Part shown: positions 18,358 through 28,703 of the stretch, piece after piece
Layout of the letters: each line of letters opens with the position of its first letter
How positions within the stretch are numbered: position 1 is the first letter of the stretch
Assembly (NCBI GenBank): GCA_945870825.1
Contig: CAMBTM010000005.1
Span: 33 to 64,032 of the forward strand
Source: Rhizobium sp. Q54
Lineage (GTDB): Bacteria > Pseudomonadota > Alphaproteobacteria > UBA7879 > VGCX01
Length of the DNA: 64,000 nt
Reading direction: 5' to 3'
Program-made: the position numbers and the translations under genes
The notes under the pieces: generated by a model
The model's database searches: none
Seen by the model: only the letters and a program-made list of their open reading frames with translations
What the model was told of the DNA's origin: nothing

Positions 18358-19368
18358 CTATTCCTTCTTAATAAGACGTGCCAATGCGATATTGGTCCGG
18401 TGCCAATCTTTGATGGGAAGTGCCGGACTTCCCCCCATAATCGCCCCATCTTCAATATCACGCATAATACCACTTTGGGCGGCGATCTTCACGCCTTTGC
18501 CAATTTTAATATGGTCTGCAATGCCAACTTGTCCAGCGATCATGGAAAAGTCCCCAATTTCTGTGCTGCCAGCAACACCCACTTGGGATACAATCACGCA
18601 TCCGCGACCAATCCGGACATTATGACCAATCTGGACAAGGTTATCAAGACGGCTGTGACTGCCAATGATCGTATCACGGAGGCCCCCACGATCAACCGTA
18701 GACCCTGCGCCAATATGAACATCATCGCCAATAATCACACGTCCTACTTGGGGAATATCCAAAATACCCGATTCAGTTGGAATAAATCCAAACCCCGCCC
18801 GGCCAACAACAGCATTGGGGTGGATTACAACTGAATGTCCTATAAGGGCGCACATAACCGTTGCGCCACTATGAATCTCAGAATTTGGACCAATCACAAC
18901 ACCTGTTCCTATGACAGCATTGGGCCCAATGAATACGTTGTCACCAATTTCAGCACCATCTGCAATGACAGCCCCTGGGGAGATGCGCACATATTGACCA
19001 ATTTTAGCATGGGGTGAAATCGCCTCATGGGGGTCGTAATCCAGTTTAAGGAAAGATCTTGTATAAAATGTTCTGGTAATTTTAACGAAATCAACTTCTG
19101 GATTTTGACTAGAAAGAATGTTGGACCGAGACGGCACCAACTCTTTTAAAGAATCATGGATAATAAAGGCTGTTTTTGGATTGTTTTCTAGGACACCTAG
19201 ATGCTTTTTGTTTTTAATAAAACTAAGACACCCTGACCGTACATCATCCACAGAACAAACATCATCAATCCGTAAAGATGGATCCAGAGGTGAGGCAAGA
19301 CCTACCAAGGAACAAATTTCGCCCAAAGAAAAGAAGTCTTTTTTATGAAAAAACCGTGTATCTGCCAT
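18358..19368 (-). CDS. lpxD: UDP-3-O-(3-hydroxyacyl)glucosamine N-acyltransferase
   Basis: 336 aa; an N-terminal LpxD domain followed by left-handed beta-helix hexapeptide repeats ([14 protein letters not shown]...); conserved position upstream of fabZ. Confidence 0.9.
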   Translation of the reverse strand: MADTRFFHKKDFFSLGEICSLVGLASPLDPSLRIDDVCSVDDVRSGCLSFIKNKKHLGVLENNPKTAFIIHDSLKELVPSRSNILSSQNPEVDFVKITRTFYTRSFLKLDYDPHEAISPHAKIGQYVRISPGAVIADGAEIGDNVFIGPNAVIGTGVVIGPNSEIHSGATVMCALIGHSVVIHPNAVVGRAGFGFIPTESGILDIPQVGRVIIGDDVHIGAGSTVDRGGLRDTIIGSHSRLDNLVQIGHNVRIGRGCVIVSQVGVAGSTEIGDFSMIAGQVGIADHIKIGKGVKIAAQSGIMRDIEDGAIMGGSPALPIKDWHRTNIALARLIKKE

Positions 19369-19377
19369 GATAAATCT

Positions 19378-20004
19378 CTACGCACACTTTTTTAAATCTA
19401 AACACGTCTTGGTCTTGACCGCATTGAGGGCTGCGATAATTTCATCTGTCAGATCAAGTCCTGGGTTCGAAAAGACAACCACGTCTTTGGATAAAACCAT
19501 TTTTAATGAATGCTTTTCAGCGATAGACTGGACTGTTTTCCCCAAAAGATCATGAAGTTCTTTATTCACGTTTTCATAAGCTGTCCCAATACACATTTTT
19601 TTAGCTTCCACCGTTTTTTGAATGGAAAGAACTTTTTTATCAAAATCATTCCAGCGACTTTCCAAATCCTTCGCTAAGGCCTCATGGCCTTTCTTAGACC
19701 CAAGCGTGCCCTGATGTTCACGCTCTTGGAGCATCCGACGTTTTTCCTGCAAAGCATGACTTTCATGCCTTAATTCCGCATCAAGCGTTGCATAATCCGT
19801 TTGGATTCTACTTAAAACCGCTTCCAATTCTTTTTTCGGCTCTTGAAAATAAGGAACGGATGCCCAGACAAGATTTGGATCAAAAAATGCAATCTCTTGA
19901 TGCTGATGGATATAAATTTTGTCGTCTTTTTGGCGCATGACAAGGAACCAACAAAGCCCCCCAACCAACGCGCCGCCTAAAAGAATACCGACAAAAACTT
20001 TCAT
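19378..20004 (-). CDS. skp: OmpH/Skp-family periplasmic chaperone
   Basis: 208 aa with an N-terminal hydrophobic segment and a long charged coiled coil; canonical position between bamA and lpxD. Confidence 0.75.
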   Translation of the reverse strand: MKVFVGILLGGALVGGLCWFLVMRQKDDKIYIHQHQEIAFFDPNLVWASVPYFQEPKKELEAVLSRIQTDYATLDAELRHESHALQEKRRMLQEREHQGTLGSKKGHEALAKDLESRWNDFDKKVLSIQKTVEAKKMCIGTAYENVNKELHDLLGKTVQSIAEKHSLKMVLSKDVVVFSNPGLDLTDEIIAALNAVKTKTCLDLKKCA

Positions 20005-20008
20005 CTAT

Positions 20009-22279
20009 TTAAAATTTCCCAGTTCCAAAATTCAAGAGGATAAGTTGTTCCTTGTCCCCCTGCTGCTTGGAAATTGGGAATCCAAAATCAAGACGGATAA
20101 GCCCCATGGGGGTTGTCCACCCAAATCCAAATCCCGCAGATACACGCACATTTTTATAGTTATAAACACCAGGATCCTTCATTTTAGAATCCCAAACCGT
20201 TCCGCTGTCCACAAATGCTGTCCCCCGCAACCCAACTTCACTTGGAAGTCCAAGAGGGAACGTAACTTCTCCAGACAATGTAAAGAACCGGTCACCACCC
20301 AAGGCGTCAAAATTCCCTGTTTGAGAACGTGGTCCCACACCAGCATATTCGAATCCGCGCAGATCATTACCACCCAAAGTAAATTTATCGATGATTCTTA
20401 ACCGTTTTCCAATTCCATTAATCATCCCAATTTCACCATTAAGATGGGCAATCACATCGTCAATAGGGGAATGATAAACAGCACCTCCCAAAGTATTACG
20501 ATAATATTTAACACTTCCACCAAGCCCTGCTAAATCGTTTCCCATACTTAAGACATATCCCTCAGTTGGTGCAAAATGAAAGTCACGACGATCATAGATA
20601 AGGTTATGTCCCATAACTGACGCAACAGAACTGCCAGCCTGCTCTTTGACTTGTATGGCAGCAGTATCTTTCACACGATCAATATGGCTACGGCTTAATG
20701 CGTAGGTCCACCGTTGAATCAAAAACTCAGAAAGATTGTACCCAACCCATGTCCGCCCCCCAACGTTCTTTTGGCTAAACGAGCTTTGGCTTTCTTGGTC
20801 TCGCTCACCCGCATCAAGGCCAATACCCACTTCAAGATCTTTATTCAAGAAATAGGGATCCGCCAAAGACAAGTTAACATTTCGGCTTTTCTTTGCAACC
20901 TGCACGCGGGCCCCCAAAGCATAAGCGCGGCCAAAAAGGTTCCGTTCCCGAATTTGAATCATTCCCAAAGGACCATCCATAGTTGAAAATCCCGCACTAA
21001 AGTTGATTTCACCCGTGGATTGTTCTTCCACATCTGTGATCACATCCACCTGAGAACGCGTTTCCCCAACAGGCTCTTGTTCAATATCAACTTTTTTGAA
21101 ATATCCTAAATTTTGAAGGTTGCGATCTGAAGACTTGAGTTTACTGGAGTTAAAGGCATCCCCTTCAGAAAGTAAGAATTGACGACGAATGATGCGATCA
21201 ATCGTACGCGTATTTCCCTTGATTTGGATACGCCGGATAAAAACCTTGGGTCCTTCTTCCAATTTATATTTAATCCCCACGGTATGATTTTCTTCATCTT
21301 TGATGGGCATGGGCCGCACATTCACAAAGGCATAACCATGATCGCCCGCAACTTCTGACAAAGAAACTGTGTCCTTTTCTACCACATCTGTTGAATACCA
21401 ATCGGACTTGGTGGCTTTTAATGCTGCCTCAAACAGTTCAACTGGCACCTTTGTAAAATTACTATCGACAGAAATCTCGCCAAATTTATACCGCTCCCCC
21501 TCTTCCACCCTAAAGGTGATGATAAAGGCATCTTGTTCAGGAACCAATTCCGCGGTCGCTGATAGGACTTTGAAATCCGCATATCCCTTGCCACGATAGA
21601 ATTTGCGCAAATTATCGCTGTCCATATCTAATTTATTGGGATCATAGACGTCTGTTGTTGAAAAGAATTTCCACCAGGCGGATTCAGTGGTCGTAATCAC
21701 ACTCTTAAGACGATCGTGATCATAGCGCTTATTTCCAACAAACCTGATGGACCGAATTTTTGCAATAGATCCTTCTTCAATTTCAAAAATCACATCCACA
21801 CGATTTTGGTCTTGCTTGATGATTTTTGGTGAAACGCGGGCCGCAAAATATCCTTTATGCTTATATATTTCCAAAATACGCCGCACTTCAAATTGCACCT
21901 TATCCTTGGTCAACAGCTGGCGTACCTTTAATTGTACTTCTGATTCTAAAATTTTATCGGTGATGTTTTTGTTTCCCTCAAACGCAATACGGTTAATGCT
22001 AGGGTTTTCCACCACATGGACGTAGACAATATTGGAGGACAGATCAATTTTAACGTCAGAAAATAATTTGGATTTAAAAATATCTTTCAAACTTTCATCG
22101 ATATCCGCTTGGGTAATGGTGCTGCCCTTTTTAAAGGTCATATGACTCAAAATCGTATCGGATTCAATGCGATAGTTTCCATCCATCACGATATCCTTAA
22201 CAACTGTGCCTGTTGAGGCTTGTCCCTGAAAAGCCCCCACTAAGAAGCCTATACAGATAACTCTGACTAATATTTTCAT
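20009..22279 (-). CDS. bamA: Outer membrane protein assembly factor BamA
   Basis: 756 aa with a signal peptide, five POTRA domains, and a C-terminal 16-strand barrel ending ...LLNFGTGKF; canonical position rseP-bamA-skp. Confidence 0.95.
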   Translation of the reverse strand: MKILVRVICIGFLVGAFQGQASTGTVVKDIVMDGNYRIESDTILSHMTFKKGSTITQADIDESLKDIFKSKLFSDVKIDLSSNIVYVHVVENPSINRIAFEGNKNITDKILESEVQLKVRQLLTKDKVQFEVRRILEIYKHKGYFAARVSPKIIKQDQNRVDVIFEIEEGSIAKIRSIRFVGNKRYDHDRLKSVITTTESAWWKFFSTTDVYDPNKLDMDSDNLRKFYRGKGYADFKVLSATAELVPEQDAFIITFRVEEGERYKFGEISVDSNFTKVPVELFEAALKATKSDWYSTDVVEKDTVSLSEVAGDHGYAFVNVRPMPIKDEENHTVGIKYKLEEGPKVFIRRIQIKGNTRTIDRIIRRQFLLSEGDAFNSSKLKSSDRNLQNLGYFKKVDIEQEPVGETRSQVDVITDVEEQSTGEINFSAGFSTMDGPLGMIQIRERNLFGRAYALGARVQVAKKSRNVNLSLADPYFLNKDLEVGIGLDAGERDQESQSSFSQKNVGGRTWVGYNLSEFLIQRWTYALSRSHIDRVKDTAAIQVKEQAGSSVASVMGHNLIYDRRDFHFAPTEGYVLSMGNDLAGLGGSVKYYRNTLGGAVYHSPIDDVIAHLNGEIGMINGIGKRLRIIDKFTLGGNDLRGFEYAGVGPRSQTGNFDALGGDRFFTLSGEVTFPLGLPSEVGLRGTAFVDSGTVWDSKMKDPGVYNYKNVRVSAGFGFGWTTPMGLIRLDFGFPISKQQGDKEQLILLNFGTGKF

Positions 22280-22292
22280 ACCTTGAATCCTC

Positions 22293-23411
22293 TTAAAATA
22301 ATTTGCTAATGAAGGACACTAGCCCTCCAATGATGTTAAACCGTACAAAGTCGTTCCAATGGCTATATAACATCAACAGCATCAGCAACCCAAATCCACC
22401 CTTATAAGCAATTTCTTGGACTTTTTCAGCCACAGGCTTTCCTCGAATCGCCTCAATGGTATAAAATAAAAGATGCCCCCCATCGAGAACAGGAAGCGGA
22501 AAAAGATTAATAATGCCAAGGTTCAAAGAAAGAATCCCCATAAACCCAAGGAGAGAAAGAAATCCTGCAGACCACGCCTCTTTGGACATTTTTGCAATGC
22601 TGGGCAGTCCGCCAATTTGCTTGGAATCTTCACTTCCTGTGAAAAAGTTCTTGAATGTCTTAAGCATCTGCCAGCTTAGTCGCAGTGTGCCAAAAACAGC
22701 CGCAATCCCTGCGGTAAAGATGTTATGAGACTTGCGTTGAGGGGCTATCCCAATGATGCCATATCCATCTTTCTCCCCAATTTGAATGGGGGCCGTTAAT
22801 TCATGGCCATCGTGCCTATACGTAATGCTCATGTGTTCTGAAGGGTGCTTGACAACCGTGGTCCGCAAGGCATTAAATGTTGCGATATCTTCACCGTTAA
22901 AGGCCGTCACTTGGTCACCTGGCCTTATGCCTGCATTCCAAGCAGGACCACCTTCAACAACGTCACCCATAATGGCATCTTGGAGCGGTTCGCCCGTAAA
23001 GGCAAAAACAACCCAAAAACATATGACTGTGATCAAAATATTAGCAATGGGTCCCGCTGCCACAACGGCCATGCGTTGGGGGATTCTTTTCCCATCAAGG
23101 GTTAAGGCTTTTTCTGCTGGCGTTAAGGTTCGAAGTTTTTCGTGATCTGCCGCACTGGATGCATCAGCATCCCCAAACATTTTGACGTACCCGCCGAGCG
23201 GAACAAGGCTGACCTTCCAACGGGTTTCATGAGAATCGTTCCACCCGAAAAGTTCTGGGCCAAATCCAATGGAGAAAACCTCCACACGCACCCCATTTTT
23301 GCGGGCAACCCAATAGTGGCCTAACTCATGGAAAAAAACCAATATCGTCAACACGACAAGAACGGGAAGAATCCACGACAAACTCAACGATACTGTGGCT
23401 AAAAATTCCAT
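22293..23411 (-). CDS. rseP: RIP zinc metalloprotease RseP (site-2 protease)
   Basis: FFHELGHYWVARKNGV HExxH motif in TM1, a PDZ domain, and a C-terminal LDGG motif. Confidence 0.9.
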   Translation of the reverse strand: MEFLATVSLSLSWILPVLVVLTILVFFHELGHYWVARKNGVRVEVFSIGFGPELFGWNDSHETRWKVSLVPLGGYVKMFGDADASSAADHEKLRTLTPAEKALTLDGKRIPQRMAVVAAGPIANILITVICFWVVFAFTGEPLQDAIMGDVVEGGPAWNAGIRPGDQVTAFNGEDIATFNALRTTVVKHPSEHMSITYRHDGHELTAPIQIGEKDGYGIIGIAPQRKSHNIFTAGIAAVFGTLRLSWQMLKTFKNFFTGSEDSKQIGGLPSIAKMSKEAWSAGFLSLLGFMGILSLNLGIINLFPLPVLDGGHLLFYTIEAIRGKPVAEKVQEIAYKGGFGLLMLLMLYSHWNDFVRFNIIGGLVSFISKLF

Positions 23412-23441
23412 TGATACCTCTTTATAATTAATGACGGCGGC

Positions 23442-24287
23442 TTAGTAATCCCACCATTCTTGAAAACTTGTGACAAAGGCACTGAACATATCGGGTTCAG
23501 AAGAAACCATCCAGACCACAATAGGAAGGACAAATAAATAACCATCCAAGCGATCCAATACACCTCCATGCCCTGGAATCCAAGTACCAGAATCTTTAAC
23601 ATGATGATAACGCTTAATCAAGGATTCTATTAAATCTCCCAACACAGCGACCAACCCGATGATAAGAGAGGCTAACGAAATATGCAAAGGAGGCTTTTGG
23701 AAGGTCAAGAGTTTATATGCAAGACCGCCCAGAAGAACCGCTGTTAAAAGACTGCCCAAAAACCCTGTCCAAGTTTTGTTAGGACTAATTTCTGGAATCA
23801 GCTTGGGGCCTCTAAGCAAGGAGCCAAAAATATATCCCCCAATATCACTGCCGGAAACAACCATAATAATCCATAAAAGGATCGCAGGCCCATTGTCATA
23901 TCCCTGCAACATCCAAAAGAGCGATACAAATGGCACCCCAAAATAAATGAGTGCAAGACTACCCCACAAAAGGCGCCGATGCCACGCAAACCAACTGAGA
24001 AAAAACCCCAAGCTTGCTGTTGATAAAAGAATGCCAAAAGCCAAATACATCCGTCCCCAATAAGCATTGTAAAGCGAGAGAAAAAGCACAGGAATCATCA
24101 AGAAGAAAATTTTACGCCGTTCAATCTTGCATAAAACAAGCCATTCGTAGGTAAGAACGCAAATTAAAACGCATCCCAAGATACAAAGAGAAATGTATCC
24201 AAAAGAAAGAGAGGCTGCCACAACCCCAATAATACCAATGGTGGATAAAAACCGCTTTTTAAAATCAGAAAACAACGTATCAAGCAT
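23442..24287 (-). CDS. cdsA: Phosphatidate cytidylyltransferase
   Basis: Polytopic; the C-terminal SDIGGYIFGSLLRGPKLIPEISPNKTWTGFLGSLL CdsA signature. Confidence 0.85.
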   Translation of the reverse strand: MLDTLFSDFKKRFLSTIGIIGVVAASLSFGYISLCILGCVLICVLTYEWLVLCKIERRKIFFLMIPVLFLSLYNAYWGRMYLAFGILLSTASLGFFLSWFAWHRRLLWGSLALIYFGVPFVSLFWMLQGYDNGPAILLWIIMVVSGSDIGGYIFGSLLRGPKLIPEISPNKTWTGFLGSLLTAVLLGGLAYKLLTFQKPPLHISLASLIIGLVAVLGDLIESLIKRYHHVKDSGTWIPGHGGVLDRLDGYLFVLPIVVWMVSSEPDMFSAFVTSFQEWWDY

Positions 24288-24293
24288 AAATCA

Positions 24294-24992
24294 TTATTCT
24301 CCGAATCGACGTTGACGGGTGTAATAGGAGGCTATGGCACGACCATACTCTTCCCGGCTAAAATCAGGCCAATAGGTCGGCGTGAAATAAAACTCTGCGT
24401 AGGCGCTCTGCCAAAGCAGGAAATTACTAATACGAAACTCGCCGCTGGGGCGAATAAAAAGATCAGGGTCAGGCATGTCAGCTGTATGGAGAAAAGACCC
24501 GAAGGTATCTTCTGTAATGGATTCTATAGGATACCCCTTCTCAAGAACCTCACGCGCCACATGCTGAGCTGCCATGACAATTTCCTGACGTCCCCCATAA
24601 TTAAGAGCAACAGTGAGTTGCAACGCCTTATTGTCCTTCGTTAAATCTTCTACATCCTTCAAAAGTAAGCGTATTTCATCTGATAGTCGTTGACGACTAC
24701 CAATCACCTTGAGCCTAACGCCTTGCTCGTGAAGTGTCTTGGCTTCAGCCTTTAAAAGACGAGCCATCAATGCAAACAATCCCTCGACCTCATGGACCTC
24801 GCGATTCCAATTTTCTGAAGAAAAGGCATAAACCGTAACATAAGGGATTTTTTGAACAATGGATTCCTCCACAATCGCGCGCAGGGTCTCAGCGCCTTTT
24901 TCATGGCCCTCTAACGTCGATAAGTTATGGTTTCTTGCCCAACGACGATTCCCATCCATCACGATGGCAACGTGTTTTAATGTATTATTCAT
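24294..24992 (-). CDS. uppS: Isoprenyl transferase (undecaprenyl-diphosphate synthase)
   Basis: HVAIVMDGNRRWA and the F(S)SENW...L motifs; the start was chosen at the MNNTLKH ATG. Confidence 0.9.
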   Translation of the reverse strand: MNNTLKHVAIVMDGNRRWARNHNLSTLEGHEKGAETLRAIVEESIVQKIPYVTVYAFSSENWNREVHEVEGLFALMARLLKAEAKTLHEQGVRLKVIGSRQRLSDEIRLLLKDVEDLTKDNKALQLTVALNYGGRQEIVMAAQHVAREVLEKGYPIESITEDTFGSFLHTADMPDPDLFIRPSGEFRISNFLLWQSAYAEFYFTPTYWPDFSREEYGRAIASYYTRQRRFGE

Positions 24993-25014
24993 CCCAGTTA
25001 ATGTTCCAAGCGTG

Positions 25015-25569
25015 TTAGAGCTGCATAATGTCTTTTTCTTTTTGCTGGCACAAATCATCCACCATGCTCACATACTTATCAGTCAACTCCTGAATCTTGG
25101 TGGAACCCCGGTGAAGATCATCTTCAGAAATCTCTTTATCTTTTTCCATTTTTTTCAAAGCATCAATCCCATCACGCCGAATGTTCCTTAAAGAAACACG
25201 CATAGCCTCCGCATATTTAGCGGCAAGCTTCACATAATCCCGCCGACGTTCTTCGCTAAGGTCCGGCATGTGGAGACGTAATACTTCGCCTTCTGTGACA
25301 GGATTAATGCCAAGTTCGGATTCCATGATGGCTTTTTCAACGGCTTTCACCATGCCTTTGTCCCATACTTGCACCGTCAGCATTCTAGAATCCGGTACGT
25401 TGATATTGGCTAATTGGTTCAAAGGCATCTTGCTACCATAGGCTGTGACCATAACCCCATCTAGAATCGCTGGGTTGGCACGACCTGTTCGAATAGATTG
25501 AAACTCACGCTTCAACGCCTCAATAGATGTTTTCATCCGTGTTTCTAGTGCATTAATGTGTTCTTGCAT
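25015..25569 (-). CDS. frr: Ribosome recycling factor
   Basis: 184 aa; ...MEKDKEISEDDLHRGSTKIQELTDKYV... typical of the Frr C-terminus. Confidence 0.9.
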   Translation of the reverse strand: MQEHINALETRMKTSIEALKREFQSIRTGRANPAILDGVMVTAYGSKMPLNQLANINVPDSRMLTVQVWDKGMVKAVEKAIMESELGINPVTEGEVLRLHMPDLSEERRRDYVKLAAKYAEAMRVSLRNIRRDGIDALKKMEKDKEISEDDLHRGSTKIQELTDKYVSMVDDLCQQKEKDIMQL

Positions 25570-26291
25570 TTTTCATCCTCTTGAATCGTCGTAAAATTAC
25601 CTTTACCGCCTAAAATTTCCGCCACAATACTGTCAGAAAAAAAGGATCCGACAATCACCGGCAAGTGTCCCTCGGCGGCGAGAGCAATAGCGGTTGCATC
25701 CATCACAGCATAGTGGTGGACCAAAACATCTTGAAACGTCAAATTCTCAAACCGCTTGGCCTGCGGGAAACGCACAGGGTCTTTATCATAAACCCCATCC
25801 ACTTTGGTCAATTTGACCAAGACATCACAGTTCATCTCAAGGGCCCGAAGCGTTGCTGCCGTATCAGTTGTGAAGAAAGGACTGCCAGTTCCCCCTGCAA
25901 AAATCAAGATCTCTCCTCGACCAAAGGCCTCCAAACATGATTGCCTCACATACTGATCAGCAAGAGCTGGCATCGTCACCCCTGACACTAATCGGGCAGA
26001 AAATCCGTTGGACTGAAAAAAAGACCGCAACACAATACCATTCATGGCAGTTGCAAGCATTCCCATGGCATCCGCATCAGCACGATCCAGGGTTGGAATA
26101 GCACTTTCTTTGCCACGAAAGATGTTGCCACCACCAATCACCAAAGCAACAGCACATCCAAGATCTTTTGCTGTCTTGATATGGGACAATAACAAAGTCA
26201 AAGCCCTTGCGTCAAAATACGAAGAAGAGTCTCCTTTCAAAGACTCTCCCGAAATTTTAATTAAAAGACGTTTATATAACGGCTTTGACAT
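25545..26291 (-). CDS. pyrH: UMP kinase
   Basis: YKRLLIKISGESL and GGGNIFRG motifs. Confidence 0.9.
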   Translation of the reverse strand: MSKPLYKRLLIKISGESLKGDSSSYFDARALTLLLSHIKTAKDLGCAVALVIGGGNIFRGKESAIPTLDRADADAMGMLATAMNGIVLRSFFQSNGFSARLVSGVTMPALADQYVRQSCLEAFGRGEILIFAGGTGSPFFTTDTAATLRALEMNCDVLVKLTKVDGVYDKDPVRFPQAKRFENLTFQDVLVHHYAVMDATAIALAAEGHLPVIVGSFFSDSIVAEILGGKGNFTTIQEDEKCKNTLMH

Positions 26292-26328
26292 TCATGTACC
26301 CACCTCCCAGGGGGCTGTATTCACTATC

Positions 26329-27252
26329 TCAAGCACTAAGAGACGCAACCTCTTCAGCAAAGTTGTCTTCTTTCTTTTCGATGCCTTCTCCTAATGCAAA
26401 GCGCAAAAATCCAACGATTTGAATCGGTGCGCCCAGTGTGCTTGCTGCTTTTTGCAGGACATCTTTGATTTTGCTTTCGCCGTCAATCACGAACACTTGT
26501 TCAAGAAGAACACTTTCTTCATAGAATTTACGCAAACGACCATCGACCATTTTTTCAATAACAGCCTCTGGCTTACCGCTTTCACGGGCCTGATCGATAA
26601 AAATTTGCCGTTCACGATCCACGATGGCTGGATCCAAGTCGTCAATACTGACCGAGTGAGGACTGGTTGCTGCAATATGCATCGCAATTTGCTTACCCAG
26701 TGATTCCAACGCCTTCACGTCGCCTGTGGATTCAAGCGCCACAAGGACACCCAATTTGCCAAGACCTTCACTGATAGCGCCATGGATATATCCAACAACT
26801 ACGCCAGGCATCACAGAAAGACTGCCGACCCGACGCATGGTCATGTTTTCACCGATGACTGCAATAAGATTCGTCAGTTCTTCTGCAACCGTCCGCTCTG
26901 TCCCATGGCCATAAGGAGACGCTGCCAAAACATCCATATCAGGTTCTGTCAACGCAAGCGTTGTTACATGACGCACATATCCCTGAAACTGTTCATTGCG
27001 CGCAACAAAGTCTGTCTCAGAGTTAATTTCGACAACCACCCCTGTATTGCCAGAGACACTGAGGCCAACAAGACCTTCTGACGCCACACGACCGGCTTTT
27101 TTAGACGCTGCTGCAAGACCTTTTTTGCGAAGCCAATCAACAGCGGCTTCCATATCACAACCGGTCTCCATGAGCGCTTCTTTACACTTCATCATGCCCG
27201 CACCTGTTTTGGTGCGAAGCTCTTGAATAAGACTGCTGGTTATCTGTGTCAT
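26329..27252 (-). CDS. tsf: Elongation factor Ts
   Basis: MTQITSSLIQELRTKTGAGMMKCKEAL UBA-like N-terminus. Confidence 0.95.
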   Translation of the reverse strand: MTQITSSLIQELRTKTGAGMMKCKEALMETGCDMEAAVDWLRKKGLAAASKKAGRVASEGLVGLSVSGNTGVVVEINSETDFVARNEQFQGYVRHVTTLALTEPDMDVLAASPYGHGTERTVAEELTNLIAVIGENMTMRRVGSLSVMPGVVVGYIHGAISEGLGKLGVLVALESTGDVKALESLGKQIAMHIAATSPHSVSIDDLDPAIVDRERQIFIDQARESGKPEAVIEKMVDGRLRKFYEESVLLEQVFVIDGESKIKDVLQKAASTLGAPIQIVGFLRFALGEGIEKKEDNFAEEVASLSA

Positions 27253-28179
27253 TTACGCTATTTCCTTCGTTTCTTCTTCTATAACAACATCAACAACTGA
27301 TGTTTCAAGCAATTCTTCCATGACAGCTTCTTTGTCAGACGCTGCATCTTCAGATTCATCCTTCTTTGATTTTACGTGCTTTTTAACCACTTCAACCTTA
27401 GGACCGGTTTTGCCATGATTTCTCTTGCCCTTAAGCCCCTCTTCTTCCCTTAGATTTTCGCTTTCACCAAGATCCACCCCAGAACGGGTAGCTTCCACTT
27501 GAAGACCTGCAAAAACAGCGCCTGCGAAAAGACGGCAATAAAGCTCAATCGCTCTTGACGCGTCATCATTGCCAGGAATTACATAATCAACCCCATCAAA
27601 CTTAACATTTGTGTCAACAACGGCGATAACAGGAACACCAAGCTTATTGGCTTCCGTGATGGCCAAAGCCTCACGGTCACAGTCAATCACGCAAATAACG
27701 TCAGGACGCCCAGCCATGGTACGAATACCCCCCAAGGTCAAGAAAAGTTTTTCACGTTCACGTTCTAATTTCAGACGTTCCTTCTTTGTAAGGCCACCTA
27801 CATCTTTTGCAAGAAGATCCTCAAGAATATCGAGTCTTTTGATGGACTTAGAGATTGTTCCCCAGTTTGTAAGCATTCCGCCAAGCCAACGGTGGTTGAC
27901 GAAATATTGCCCTGTGGATTGAGCCACCTCAGCGACCTTGTCAGCTGCTTGGCGCTTTGTTCCAACGAAGAGAACACGGCCACCCTTGGCAACCACATCC
28001 TTTAAAGCTTCAAGGGCCTGATGAAGAAGGGGAACAGTTTTTTCAAGATCGATAATGTGAACGCCATTGCGCACACCAAAAATAAATTGGGACATCTTAG
28101 GATTCCACCGACGTGGGTGGTGACCAAAGTGAACGCCAGCTTCCAAAAGCTCGCGCATTGAAAATGCAGGTACAGTCAT
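27253..28179 (-). CDS. rpsB: 30S ribosomal protein S2 with a C-terminal acidic/lysine-rich extension
   Basis: [29 protein letters not shown]; ATG at 28179 (the ORF-track TTG extension was rejected); a ~70-aa charged tail. Confidence 0.9.
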   Translation of the reverse strand: MTVPAFSMRELLEAGVHFGHHPRRWNPKMSQFIFGVRNGVHIIDLEKTVPLLHQALEALKDVVAKGGRVLFVGTKRQAADKVAEVAQSTGQYFVNHRWLGGMLTNWGTISKSIKRLDILEDLLAKDVGGLTKKERLKLEREREKLFLTLGGIRTMAGRPDVICVIDCDREALAITEANKLGVPVIAVVDTNVKFDGVDYVIPGNDDASRAIELYCRLFAGAVFAGLQVEATRSGVDLGESENLREEEGLKGKRNHGKTGPKVEVVKKHVKSKKDESEDAASDKEAVMEELLETSVVDVVIEEETKEIA

Positions 28180-28348
28180 TGTAATATTCCTTTTCCGGTT
28201 GAACCTCCGTAGGTGCCATACCTCCAACCATTGGAAGCACCGGAGGGGCCAAGCCCCAAACCTACGTGTGGATTTACTATTTAGTGTTCTATGATATACA
28301 AGGATGAGGGAAAATTTTCAAGGGGTTTTTGTGATTGTTAATCACAAA

Positions 28349-28423
28349 TGGTGGGCGCAGCTGGGATTGAACCAGCGACCCCTACGATGTCACCGTAGTG
28401 CTCTACCGCTGAGCTATGCGCCC
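28349..28423 (-). tRNA. tRNA-Val (anticodon GAC)
   Basis: The reverse complement gives GGGCGCATAGCTCAGCGGTAGAGCACTACGGTGACATCGTAGGGGTCGCTGGTTCAATCCCAGCTGCGCCCACCA; a cloverleaf with GAC in the anticodon loop and an encoded CCA. Confidence 0.9.
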
Positions 28424-28703
28424 CTTCCAAATCACTTTATTTAACGATCACGTCATTGAACATCGATATTCGGCTTCGGTCACCTATGAAAATAGGGTCC
28501 TTAACCTCACCACTCGTTCGCCTGGCGCTCATTTAAAAAAGTGAACTGGTATCCCCGTCCAGAAGAAACTAGACAAAAGATAGGATTTTGTGTATACCGA
28601 GGAATACGAAAAAGCAAGTATTTTAATTCATCTCTACGCTTCCCATAATTGCTTCATTAATGGCTTGGTAAGTGTTTAATTGTATTGTAGGAGATTTCAA
28701 CGA

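Noticed and set aside
18307-18834. 175-aa plus-strand ORF, and other long antisense ORFs (19919-20401, 5327-5737, 33582-34178, 35221-35751, 50008-50349, 62821-63288)
   Set aside because: They lie entirely antisense inside strongly conserved genes (lpxD, skp/bamA, ampG, murB, yfgM and others). Their translations are low-complexity (Ser/Arg/Pro-rich) with no motifs, so they are spurious frame artefacts.
27253-27470. Acidic/lysine-rich C-terminal tail of ribosomal protein S2 as a possible fusion or novel domain
   Set aside because: C-terminal charged extensions on S2 are common in alphaproteobacteria and some other lineages, so this is not evidence of a novel fusion.
28180-28227. TTG start for rpsB giving an extra 16 residues ([16 protein letters not shown])
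   Set aside because: The conserved S2 N-terminus [20 protein letters not shown] begins at the internal ATG (28179). The extension is not S2-like.
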